Assembly (NCBI GenBank): GCA_030704615.1
Contig: CM060733.1
Location: 25,234,001 to 25,298,000, forward strand
Direction: 5' to 3'
DNA from: Takakia lepidozioides
Lineage: Eukaryota > Plantae > Bryophyta
Length of the DNA: 64,000 bases
In this document: positions 1 through 11,922 of the stretch, in pieces
Position numbering within the stretch: the stretch's first letter is position 1
Layout of the letters: each line of letters begins with the position of its first letter
Program-made: the position numbers and the translations under genes
The notes under the pieces: generated by a model
Databases searched by the model: none
Told to the model about the DNA's origin: nothing
What the model saw: only the letters and a program-made list of their open reading frames with translations

Positions 1-3000
1 CAAGAGCACGTTCCACGACCTCCAAAGCCTTCAATAACCCTGTGAGCTTGCCGAGGTCAGCCTGCTGTGCAATTTTCCCTTCAGCCCCATTGCTTCCAGC
101 AGCACTGCCCAGCTCTGCATGGATATCCGATCCAGGGCTCATTGCCCTCAGAAAGTCCTCCAGTCCAACTGTTCCTCCACTTGTTGAGGGTCTCCGTGAA
201 GCCACACTTGTTGATCCTCTTCGTGAGATTTGCCCTCCACTAGCGGATGGTCTACGTGAGAATCCTCCACTGGTTGATCCCCTCCTGGAGACAAGGCCCC
301 CACTGACAGACTGTCGTCGTGATGCCTGCACACCTCAATCCCTGATTTATCAGGGAGCTTGTCACCCTCAGTATTTCCACAGAAAAAGTGACATTCAGCT
401 TTGTTAACAAATGGATAGGCATTGGTTAGGCAAATCTACAGTGCCCAAATTACACTCACTAACAGTGTAATACATGCACTTTATAACGTCCGTGGAAAGC
501 TCAAGGAGCTTATGGGACGAGATTGTACTCATAAGACGTTGTTTGCCGTAGCCTTGTGGCCATGGACCCCGCGCCCAGTTTGAGCGGGAACAAAAGGGAC
601 AGAACCTACCTCTGTCAGGGGCTGACGTTGGTAGTGTGACTTACCATCATATATAGAATTAATCCGGGTTTCCAGATATCCTCTAGAAATCCCTTCACAC
701 AAGCATCAATCTGCTGTGTGTGATTTGCCCAAAAACTAGGCCTCAGGAGGGCCTGGGCTTTTGGCTCAGCCTCGAGACTTTCAAAGTTGTTAAACAGGGG
801 TACAGGCACAATTCCCTTGATAGAATTGAAGAGAGCGTCTCTTTGGTGAGAGAACCCCGGACAGTGTATCAGAAAGTGAATACTGTCTTCAGATTGCCCA
901 CACAGCGGGCAGTTGCACTCTCCCTTTCCTCTCTGCTTCTGTTTGCTGTTCAAAGGTAGGCTTCCTGCCCTGAGTTTAAATTTCAGTCTAGTGCCGAGAG
1001 TGGGTAGACCCTTGAGGTCATCCAAGATGTCCTCCCCCATGTCACTGACTGGAAACAAGTTCAGGGAAGTTTTCTGCCTAACTTCATTTTCATCAGACAA
1101 TCTCATGGCAACAGACATGGCTGAGGACACTACAGCCTCTAAGTCAGATTTATCCAACAGGGTCAAGACTTGCGGATCCCAGGTCCTTGAGAATCTCTTC
1201 TACTCTCTTCTGCCAGGACTTACCCTGTTTGACAGGGCGGTCCTGTTTCCAAGATATAGAGTCGATTAACTTAGGATATCTGGTGTTGGGCATATGTTGC
1301 AGCTGACCCCACCATCTGACCTTGAATTCATCTCGTCGGGAGTTTAAGGACGGAATGCCAAACTCACCCCGAACAGCCACATTGGGTGTTTTGGAGCATA
1401 CTGACATACACTCCTTAAGCACCCCCACTTGAATGGATTCTAGAGACTTAGCCTGGTTGGAGTTATCAACCCATATAGCAGATCCGTACTCCAAGGCAGG
1501 TCTAATAACGCGACAAAGCATGGTTTTCTTAACCTCAGAGTTGACCCCTCTGCAGTGGAAAAATTTAGTGAGCCCCAGAGCTTTGCCCTTGCCAGTTTGA
1601 ACAACTTTCCGGATATGTGCATCCCAATTACAATTGGAGGAAAACTCAACGCCCAGGTAAGTGTAGGAAGGGAGGACCGGGATCCACTGCCACTTAAGAT
1701 CACTTCCTCCCTCTCCTCTGTCGTTGAATGCTACCACTGCACATTTGCTGACATTAGCCTCTAGCCCCCAAAGATCAAAGTATCTCTTCGCGCAATCAAT
1801 CAACTCCTGGAGATTGGTTGGAGTCTCCCCTATGCCTGCGAAGTCATCCGCAAACATAAGGGCTGGTATGGTGGTATCACCCACCCTTAACCCAAATCCC
1901 TCACTTTCCACATCCTCGAGGAGTTGATTGATGAAAACATTGAAGAGCAGAGGGGAGAGAGTACATCCTTGAGCTACACCTTGGTCTATGTCAAAGAAGT
2001 TGGACTTCTGTCCGTTAACAGTGACACAGCTTTTGGTGTGAGCATACAAGTTGTGGACAACTCTCCACATCTTTCCCTTGATCCCACAAGACCAGAGGCG
2101 GAACCATAGGCCATCTCTCCACACTGTGTCATAAGCCTTTTTGACATCCAGGAAAAAAACATAAGTGGGTTTCCCTTCCTTTTTCCTTCCCTGGATAATC
2201 TGGCTTAGAGTGAAGATATGATCCACACAGCCCCTGTTTCGCCGAAAGCCGGCTTGGCCTTCGTGGAAACAACCTCTAGACTCCAGATCAACCTCGAGAT
2301 GAGTACTTATAACTCTGCAGAATGTCTTGCCAACAGCATTGAGGAGCGTGATGCCACGGTAGTTCCCCGGTTCTTCTCTGTCACCCTTCTTGTATAGATT
2401 GACAATGACCCCCTGTCGCCAGCGAAAGGGGATCATTTCAGTCTTCCAGATAAGGTTAAAGAGGAGAACTAGGGCCTCTATCATGGGATCGCCACCGTGC
2501 TTGATAAGCTCGTTGACAATACCATCAGGTCCACCAGCTTTATATCCATTTAAATGTTCAATTGCTTCCACAATCTCAGAAGAACTAATGGGAGCATTAT
2601 AAGCCATTGAAATATACTCCAGTTCATCAGGGCTGTTTTGAATCATAGGAACAGTTTTTCCAACTGTGTCCCTCCATTCAGCAGAAGACCCCTCACTGTT
2701 AGACCTACAAGTTCTGCCAAGGATACTGTAGTGAGTTTCAAAGGTTTTGACAATGTCAACCGATGAAGTCACCACTGCACCTTTAGTAGTCTTCAGCGCT
2801 TGTACTTGCTGACCGTTTTTCGGCTTGTACAAACGTTGAAGGGCCAACCAGAATTTCTTGTCATTACCACCATGGTGGTTTGAGTTTATTTCACTGTATA
2901 ACTTGTTCCAGTATAATTTCTTCTGAGACCTAACAAGCTGATTGATATCTTTACGGAGCTGGTAGTACCTCGCCCACAATTCTGTGTTGGTTTCCAAATT

Positions 3001-6000
3001 GCAGCACTCTTTATAGAGGGCTCGTCTCTCAGCTATCTTGAGTTTAATCTCATTGGTCCACCCGCAGACAATTAGTTTCCTCCCAATGATCTTGTCAGCC
3101 ACGGAGGAAACGAAACTCTCCCAAGAGTCCACTGCTCTTTCGACTTCATTTCTTGCGTTAACAGAGCGTGACTGAAGTTCTTGGAGCGATTGGACAAAAT
3201 GAGGGAGAGCCTCTTGCAAGGCCTGGACGTACTCAGCCTTGACCTCCTCATTGTGGAATTTTTCTATGCGCCACTTCCGAATTGAACGTTTCACAGATCT
3301 CTTGGTGGTGGGAAAACACCTTTTGATCTCAGTCCAAACCAGGAAGTGGTCAGAGGTACCAATATCAGTTCTGTCGATCAACACATTGGCACACTGGGGG
3401 AACAAAATTTTGTCCATTATGATATAGTCCACAATGGAACGTTCCCCAGTTTGGGATTTCTCAGGAGTCCCACTTGGTCACCTCTTGTCCTGTTATTCAA
3501 GGTCAAAAGCTGAAGCTCTTCTAGACAGTTAATTAACCGTCTGCCATTAGAATTCAGCTCGTCCTCACCAAAAGGTCCAATGATGTCGTCCTGATGGATC
3601 CCTTTGCCCACCCGGCATTGAAGTCCCCCAATAGTACCACCTGACCTTTGGCAAGGAACGAAGCACAGTTCAGCTTTACATCTTCGAAGGCCTTGTCTGC
3701 GTCAGCACTAAGGGTCCCCTCTGTGGGCATGTAAACACAACCAACAAAGAGGTCCTTTGTACTCATGCCGCCCTTCAGATTCAGTTTTAGCCAGATACTA
3801 TGCTCGTACCTCAAACCCTTGTTGATAATTTCACAATTGTCAAACAAGAAATCACGGACAAAGAATCCAACCCCTTTTTGACCGCGTTTGGCAGAGGCTG
3901 CCTTGAGAGTACACATCTTACCTGCCCATTTATAACCATTGACATCTCCAACCAGTTTATCCGACGATTCCCATGTTTCTTGCCCCAGCAGATATGAATA
4001 TCATTAGTCCGAAGAACTTGTCCCACTTCGAGTTGTTTCCTTTGGTTGGTCAACCCTGAGAAGTTGAAATGGGCCAGCCGCAAGCCAGCCCTTTGCATGT
4101 GAATTGTTTGTCTTCTAGGTAGCTTGTGATTGCTCCTGGACGGCCAACCGTTCTGCAAAGGGGGGACAGTTACCCCATGTGTAGATTTTGCTCGTCTTGT
4201 GTAAACTTTGAGAATTGGTAAACCATTCAGGGTACCAAATCTTTCAGTTACACGATGCACAGGCTCCACACACATAGGGGCAGATTGTCCGTCAGACTGC
4301 TTGGGGACAACTACCCCGTGTATAAATTTTGCTCATCTTGTGTAGACTTTGAGGATTGGTAAACCATTTAGAGTACCAAATCCTTCAGTTACACGACGTT
4401 CAGGCTCTGCACACTTAGGGACAGATTGTCCATCTGACGGCTTGCGGACAATTGCCCTGTGTATAGAATTTGTACGTCTTGTGTAAACCTTGAGGATTGG
4501 TAAACCATTCAGAGTACCAAATCCTTCAGATTCAGGACGTTCAGGTTCCGTACATTTAGGGGCATCTTGTCCTTCTGGCTGTTTGGATTCAACCTCATCC
4601 AGAGCATCAAACCGATTAGAAACTCTCAAGTTGAAGTCGTTGCCCTTGGTTGTCTTCCTAGAGCGCCCCATTGAATCACCAATGTCTAAGACCGCTCTCC
4701 AGCCAGTCAAGGGACGAACTTCTTTGAGATTGAATTGATGCGGGACTCTATTAGAAGCACTTTTGGTCATTGCAACCTTCAACGTACCCCTGTTATCAAG
4801 TCTCGAGATGGTACCATTAGCCATGAAATCCAAGCCTAAGCTAGAGCATGTAGTTTTAAAGGACACATCGTCCATCCTGGGATTCACCCCAAAATCTACA
4901 CATGAAGCCCTAGATTTGGCATAAGTAACCAATTCCCAGGGATCACCCTGAGGAGTGTTGATGTTGATAGGAGCTAAATTTTTGATTGTTCTCGCAGGCT
5001 ATAACTTTAAGCACAGGAACCAACCCGAGCCCAAGTGCCGAGTATGCTAGACAGAGCATACGACTGCCCAATTTGGGCGGAAGGGCTGCCCCCAATAGGA
5101 GTCCGCTTGTTACCATTCAGAGATCACACTCCAGGGAGTTGCAGGGAATGGCCCGTGTAGGCATATTCTAAAGAGGGAAAGGCCCCAAGCTTTCCAACTA
5201 AATCCAATGCACTACCTTACCTGAAGCAAAGCGCTTCAGGTCGAAACAAACAAGGACACGAGGTCACAAGGCCGGCATTTAGTCACAGAGACATTAATGT
5301 ACTCCCGTATCAAGTCCACCCAATGTCAATAGGCTTCCTAGAGGACAGGAGACAAGAGAAAGCAAGAGAAAGGTTAGTGGGGACCCCAACAAGCGAAAAG
5401 TCAGCGGAAAGCTCTAAAACCTCATAACGTCCACTGAAAGCTCAAAGAGCTTATGGGACAAGAGGAAGCAGGATACAATGGCTTGCCTAAGATGGAACCC
5501 TTCATGCAGATCTAGTGCCAAACATTTGTGATCCTCGTAGTGGAGCACCTCTGAAGGGATTGGCTATCTCATTATAGGCAATAGTTGTTCCCGGATCTCA
5601 TAGTAGAGGGCCGTGAAAGAAGAAATGTTCTTCAGTTTCAATCCTGCTGTCATCTTTAGCACAAGCAGGGCACAAGGAGTCAGCACACTCCAGGTTGTCC
5701 TATCTACCAGTCTCTGTCCACAGACTGTGAAAAGAGAAATGAAACAAAATGAAATGAAACGATACTTTATAGCATCCACGGGAAGCTCAAAGAGTTCAAG
5801 GGACAAAAGGAAGCAGTAAACAAGAAAGTGGGGCGCTGGACAAGCAGCCCGAAGACTCGGATTCACTATCAAGAGATTTTTTAAGCTGGAGAGCCTCATG
5901 CAGATAGGCCGCCAGGCATCTCCGAAGAGAAAGGAAGAAGAAAATGAAATGAAATGAAATGGTACTTTATAACGTCCGCGGAAAAGAAAGGAGCTTTTTA

Positions 6001-9000
6001 TGTGCACAAAACGCCCAAAGACAGACAGAGGAACAGAGAGCAGCATCAGGAAACCTTCCAACTCAACCTGAAATCCAACTTTCATATACTGCATAGGTAA
6101 TCCTAGTATGGTAAGCAGGGAACACCATCGTACAGGAGGACTTGGCAAAGGAGACAATGGCGCATTTGGTCCCTCCCAGTACGTAAACAGCTCTGGCAAT
6201 ATCACAACCGTAGTCGTGGGGTTTGTGACTTTTTCCTTGCTTCCATGGCCCACCACCTTCCATGGCTCATATGCATCTGGCTTCACTTTTCCGGCAATTG
6301 AGTCTGCAATATCCCAAGAATTCACCTGCAACCCATGCACTTATGTGTGCAGCAGTTGACATGGATAGCAAAACCATTTCAAATGTATCTTTCTGGAAAA
6401 AGCAAGAGCATGGAGTCATTTCACATTTCCAGAAGTCCCAGCGATCTGTGTGAAGTCTTGTAGTAGTCCAGACATGACGGGTATCAACAGACATTGCAAG
6501 TACACTACAGACATAAAGTGGAAGCTGGACATCAAAGTGGCTTAGCGGAACCCCTCTCCTGCTCAAATACACACTAGACAGAATTTGCGACTCACCTGAA
6601 CAGCATCAGACTGAGTGGACAAAGCTGAGGCCTGGACCTCCTTGGACTTGATAAGGCTAAACATGGTTTGACTGATGCCGTCCGAGTAATTATCACTCCC
6701 CTGCTTAAACTGCAATATCCAAGCAAACCAGTGATAAGGCTTCAGATACCGAAAAATACTCAATCTATTCAGTTTTCATAGAGACCAAATCCGGTGAAAA
6801 CAAATAGCAACCAATTACATACTAACAGCTCGCAATATCAATGCCCTTGGTGTAGTTGTGTGATCTACTGAAGTTGTCACAGAATTTTATGTAACCATTC
6901 CACTCCAAAATCAGACCGACAGCTAAACAGTACTGCTGGCCTGAAGAATACGAGCAGGTGTGTTACCTCCAGGAGCTTCTCATATCGACTGTTGCGATCA
7001 AGAACCTTGTTGATAGTTTCAAAAGCCATGTTCAAGTTGTTTCCTCGCAAGTTCAGAAGCACGAAATTGGGACTCTCGGTTACATGAACTGCAACGATTT
7101 TCTCCAGCTCCTACAGTCAAAGAGGAGAAACAGAACTGCTAATTCCCGAGGTCTTTTGGATGTCCTTCCTTCCCATGTCTCACAGTAAAAAGCACCACAT
7201 TTATGGCGCAAAGAATTCTCAGCTGGTAGCTACCCTCTCTTCCTAAGAAAGAGAGCTCGTAGCAAATTGACCCAGGTCCACATCATTAATGTGCTGTCAG
7301 AACTTCTCTAAGCTTGGAACAAAACCCTACTCACCGCAGGCTTCTGCATAATCCTCCCAGAGAACTACAAAAAAGCTCCTCACTTCCATTCCCCCAAGAA
7401 CATGCCTTCCATCAGACATGACAAGAATCAAGGATGCCCATGCAATACTTTTAGGACAGTTAGTTATCTTGCATTGAACCTCAATTTTCCTCGTATGAGA
7501 TGTCCAAGCTATGCCAAAGTTGTTATTTTCCTTCGGCATAAGTTTTGAGGTGAAATTTTTGAGTCAAAGTAAATGCATGGCAGCTAACCTGCATGAGGCT
7601 TTACCTCTGACACAATCCCTGGAGCAATTGTTGCTTTTGGACTGCTTGTGGAGGGCCCCTCTCTCTTTCTTGTTTCTTTTCTTAAAGTACCATTTCATTT
7701 CATTTCTTTCTCATTTAGCTTTCCACGGACATCATAAATACCATTTCATTTCATTTAAGCTCTTTGAGCTTTCTGCGGACGTTTGAAAGTACCATTTCAT
7801 TTCTCCTGTTGCTCTAATATTCCTTTGTCTCTCTTACTGAAAGTCTCTTTATGCAATCTGCTTGTCAGAGGCCCCCTTGTTGTCAAGACCAGAAGTGACT
7901 AGTAAGCACGAGCCAGCCCCCATTTCCCCTTTCGTCCCCAGTAGTTGAGTCAAGAGCCTCCTTTCAAACAGAAGAATGAAAGAACAAAAGTCAAGTCAAC
8001 ACCTTCTCAAGTGTCGGAGTAACAATGGGAGCAGACACAACGACAACACGTCGTTTAGGATATCGTGGGGTGTCCAAGAGAATGGATGACTTGAAGCTTC
8101 TTGACCTTCTGGACTCTTGACCATCCTCTCGCTGGTCAATCTCGGGCTCTAGTTCGACTGTCTCGGGGGTAATGCTTCCTGCTGTGCTGGTCACTGAAAA
8201 CCCAGTTCGGCTGTATTGCCCATAGAAGAGAAAATTCCACTTGAAGTTAGCAAGGACTACCCACAAGATGTTAAAGATGAGGTGTAACAGCCAACATTCA
8301 AGTTCTCCCAGTATGAAGAAGATAAAATGACATTTGACAGGGCCCTTCCACTTTCTCTGTGGGTGTCACATCAACATCATGACAAATTTAGGGCAAGACC
8401 CAAGTCTTTGGTAAAGATCCAGCTCCATTAGTTGTTTGGGTGCATGCAATTCTCAGGAAGAAAGATGCCAACTCTAGCATAATCCACATCAAAGAATTTC
8501 AAAAAGCAGGCAAGGTGCACATGCTTATCCAACTTGTGGATATGTACAACTGTGAAAACAAAAGCGAAAAAATCTTGTGATTGAAGTAAGGTAGAACCTG
8601 TAAATTGGTACCGAGCTCTCAAAATCAGAGTCCTGGGCGGACTGCATACCAGTACTTTGCATCTTCTCTAGAAGCACCGTGGGCTTCAGTGACACGAGAG
8701 ATTTTGGGGTCACATCTTTGCCACTCTCATTGAATACCTGTTCCACATTGTGCCACCTCTCAGACCTGATTGGGTTCTTGCATTCAACTGTAGTAAGATC
8801 TCAGAGATCTTTCTAACGGCCTATTTCTCTTCCAAATTGCAAACAACATAGTAGGATAGAGAATTCTTGCATTTGCATTTGAAACCTAAGTTCGAAGGGT
8901 CAAGCCATTGGCAGTACTGCAACAAGCACGACTTTAAAAGTGGTGATCAAGTACAGTTGCAGTTTCTTGAAGATTCCAATCCCAAGCGTTGCTCAAAAAG

Positions 9001-9970
9001 GATGGTGCCTCAAAGCTACAACTGGAAAGCATATCTAAGGTGAAGTGCTTTTCTCCCACACCAGAAGGTGCAAGTTTCATAGGCTTTGTACTTACTATCT
9101 GGGGCCCTGCAGCAACAGTTTACTGTCCTTTTGCAGTCCAGTTTGATTTGAAACTACTGGTACCGCTGGTTTCTGGCTGTCACATTCACAGCTGATTGAC
9201 AAACACACAGTACCTGCATGATCTCACGGTCGTCATGGCCATACTTCTTTTTCTTCCCTCGAGGAGCCCGCAATCCTGACCTATTGCTGGCCCTGCACAA
9301 TCAAACATGAAAATAATTGCCTTATCAAACCCTTGCTCAGTAGCCATCACGGTCTTTGGAACAGTAGAGTCTATTGTGCCACCGTTCATGACAATTGTCA
9401 AGCTTATTTTTAGGGGTAACGATTTCGAATATATGGATATGCATGCTCTCAAGAAATCACTTTCTAGGAGAGCCAGCATGAATACAACAGTACATGATTG
9501 ATCCTGTCTCATACAGAGAATTTTGCACACTTGAGAGCAGGGAAGAGTGGACCAGACTTTGACGAAAGTGACACTTGAGAGCTGCCAGATTGGCGACGTG
9601 ATGACGTATATGTCGACGCCCGCGATCCAGCTGATGCTTGGGCGGCAGCAGCATCTGCTCGAGCTTTGGCCAAATTGAACTGGTTGCGATTGTTTTCACG
9701 CTGCCCCAGAGGTATAGCTGCTGATCCGGACGCGGATTGTCTGTTTGGAGATGCCGGTCTCTTGGGAGAACCTGAGCCTGACTTCTTGTCCGCAGATATC
9801 GGCCTCTTATTAGGGGTTCCGGAGTCCGACTTCTTCCCGGCCGATGCCGGTCTCTTGGGGGACTTTGAGGCTGATTTCTTGTCACCCGATGCGGGTCTCC
9901 TAGGAGACCCTGTCCCGGATTTCTTGTCATCCTGCTTTTTTCCTGCCGATGGCGCTGTGTTCTCTGTCAT
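1..9970 (-). CDS. WDR78: Axonemal inner-arm dynein intermediate chain, WDR78/DNAI4 (IC138-like); 5' portion, continues beyond position 1
   Basis: Minus-strand GT-AG exons: 9970-~9558 (MTENTAP.. basic repeats), 9292-9214, 8737-8612 (VFNESGKDVTPKSL), 8210-8003, 7110-6967 (ELEKIVAVHVTES..DRNSRYEKLLE), 6709-6596 (GSDNYSDGISQTMFSLIKSKEVQ), 6325-~6184 (VNSWDIADS), 325-1 (..LKALEVVERAL). The motif order DExGxDVTP / rNxrY / QT..K.KEVQ / sWDixDs / ERal matches the WDR78 N-terminus as I recall it. Small exons are probably missed, and the WD40 repeats lie outside the window. Confidence 0.72.
615..4932 (-). pseudogene. LINE ORF (N-terminal extension, endonuclease, reverse transcriptase, Zn finger), frameshifted
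   Basis: ORF pieces 4932-4333, 4275-3811, 3916-3554, 3611-3417, 3432-1150 and 1166-615 tile the domains in order. Confidence 0.85.
4170..4560 (-). repeat. 141-bp (47-codon) tandem repeat, about 2.8 copies, in the LINE N-terminal region
   Basis: The motif gtcttgtgtaaac..ggtaaaccatt..gtaccaaatc recurs at ~4190, 4331 and 4472; the peptide FGTLNGLPILKVYTR occurs three times. Confidence 0.9.
5560..6000 (-). mobile_element. Cluster of short 3' remnants of a second RTEX-like LINE family
   Basis: Degenerate [17 protein letters not shown].(C)PLYYEIR at 5725-5590, plus two tails ending in (CATTT)n at ~5735-5810 and ~5940-5995; homologous to 37250-37635. Confidence 0.65.
7579..7803 (+). mobile_element. 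Short LINE 3' remnant (same family)
   Basis: gcagctaacctgcatgaggc..ggcccctctctctttc followed by aagctctttgagctttctgcggacgtttgaaagtaccatttcatttc; matches 34180-34330 and the reverse complement of 37250-37410. Confidence 0.7.
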
Positions 9971-10619
9971 GATAACTTACCTCAGATTCTTCAACTCATT
10001 AGTGCTTGTCTCGAAAGATCACCAGCGAAGTGAGTGTAGCACCGTCAGCTGCAGTTCAGCACTGAGCAGCATAGTCGACCTTCACATCCTCACACGAAAC
10101 GCAATGTACGTCGGCAGAGTAGCGCAGAATCTCGAATGGATTACATTTGAATGCCCGACCCAGAGTAGAGGCTGCAGACAATGTGAGGCCATACCCTAGT
10201 TCAAAAATTCAACCATCACGCCGGTGCCACAAGCACCTCCGCAATCGACAAAAGCTCCAGTACTCCTCGCACTTCTCAATTTGAAATATAGGTGGAGGCC
10301 CCATACCCCTCACGTCGTCATCATCCATCTGCAGATCGGCAATGCCATGCACTGCCCTGCCTGCATAGTTTCCATTAAACAAGAGAAATCAAAACTGAGA
10401 TAACTGACAAGTTGAAATGCACAGGAGCAAGAATACTGAAACAGCTTGCTGCAGCCTCCACAGATTCAACAAGAGGTAGATTCAACAATGGCAGAGACAG
10501 ATGAGATGAAAGAAATTGAAAGAACAGAAAAATGTAGGTGACAAAGCACCCCTTTGGCAGTGCCCAAAAGCTTCACTGTCTATGATGAAAGTATTTCACA
10601 TGTAAAATCCTAAACTTGA

Positions 10620-11922
10620 ATGGAACAGGGTTCGTGTGAGAGAGAATTGGAGAGAAGAATGAGGACGCAAAGATCAGGAAGCGAGCACGGCGGTTGCTGA
10701 CGCCACAGCCGTGAGAACCCCGTATGCATCTCGTATTCGTATATGTACGCTTCTCTTCGCCGACCTTGTACATACATTACCCTCTCGTATCTGGCGTATA
10801 CGTGGGATTCGGCCGACACTTCTCATTGGTCCACGTGGTGCCTTCCATTCTGAATAACCTATAAACCATGCTACCTATTTGACGACTGAAAAATGGGAGA
10901 CTAGCTCTAGTGTAGAGCAGGAATAGGGTCCCTAAGTGCCACGTCATCATCGTCATCTCTGCCCAACTGCCTAAGAAAACCAAAGAAAAAAATTGCCTCA
11001 CTTCAAAACAAAATTGTCAATGTGCATCAGACTAAGTGTTCCATACTCGTGATGTCTGTTTTCATTGAATTTCCAGCTCCACTCCTTGGGATCTAGGTGG
11101 AGGGCCATGATGGGGCAGCCTCCAATCCAAACGAACGAGTTTGTGGAAAACCAGAGTGACAGAGGTTTAGAGATGATAAGGAGGAATCCAGATGGGGCTG
11201 TCCCTGCTCTTACTTTTACAGGAAGATTTGTCCATGCAAAGTTTGCGGAGGCGACAACCACCCAGTTCTGGTTCTGCAGGCACGACATTATGACTTGCGT
11301 GTATGGAAAGCCCAAGTACGGCATACAAACAATGCCAGAGGCTCCCCCGGTGTGGCCGGTGGAACCAGGCTGCGATCTGAGTCAGGTTGAGGCTGACGCC
11401 CTTACTGCCACAAGATTTCGGATGGTGCAGCGCACTGACGTCCCCAGACAACCATTTTCGCTTCCATAGCCTCTACCACCGACCCCTGTGAGAGCAAGAA
11501 CAATGGGACGCGACAGCTCTAAACATCCTACACACCGTTGGGGGAAACCGAAGAGGCGGCGACCTCCCTCAAAAGTGAACGAGACAAGGATGGGGAATGC
11601 ACTTCAGATGAACTGTACAATCTAGAGCTCGACAGAAGTGCCCTCACCAGGCTTCGGGCGTGTGTATCAGATGGCCACGACAGGCTCAGCTGTTCGCAAT
11701 GAGGTGTACACCATCACCATTTCAGAATTACCCACTTGCAATTGCACCGACTTCCAGATCATGGCGAACAAGGGGGCATCATACTGCCCTTGCAAGCATC
11801 TGTACTACGTGTACTTAAAGAGACTTTGGTGTAATTCCACAACTCATCACTTCATACATGCACCAGGGTTGAGCCCCCAAGAGGTGCACACTCTTCTGAA
11901 TATGGATCCAGGGGACCAGTGA
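10620..11922 (+). pseudogene. Degenerate SWIM zinc-finger protein, probably transposon-derived
   Basis: YTITISELPTCNCTDF..CPCKHLYYV (CxC..CxH SWIM) at 11638-11922, in frame through stops with the upstream FWFC..WPV ORF 11065-11469. No introns. 5' boundary uncertain. Confidence 0.6.

Larger units (their letters stand above)
478..5420 (-). mobile_element. Non-LTR retrotransposon (LINE; APE-RT-Zn finger, RTE-group/RTEX-like), near full length, inside the WDR78 intron
   Basis: Endonuclease motifs (HFNFSGL, VGCVYMP, LLGDFNA, DYII, TSDHFLV) at 4100-3340; RT at 3432-1150 (QAGFR, FLDVKKAYD, QGCTLSPLLF, FADD, YTYLG); C-terminal CPLC..HFLIHC at 1166-615. Several frameshifts. Both ends are approximate. 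Confidence 0.9.

Noticed and set aside
42-407. Plus-strand 121-aa ORF with Pro/Leu repeats
   Set aside because: Antisense shadow of the minus-strand RRxS exon, which has a proper acceptor and family motifs.
5564-6340. 258-aa minus-strand ORF
   Set aside because: Only the first ~50 codons are a WDR78 exon; the rest is read-through into intron and LINE remnants.
9457-10199. Overlapping ORFs 9457-9930 (-) and 9666-10199 (+)
   Set aside because: Alternative frames of a low-complexity repeat exon.
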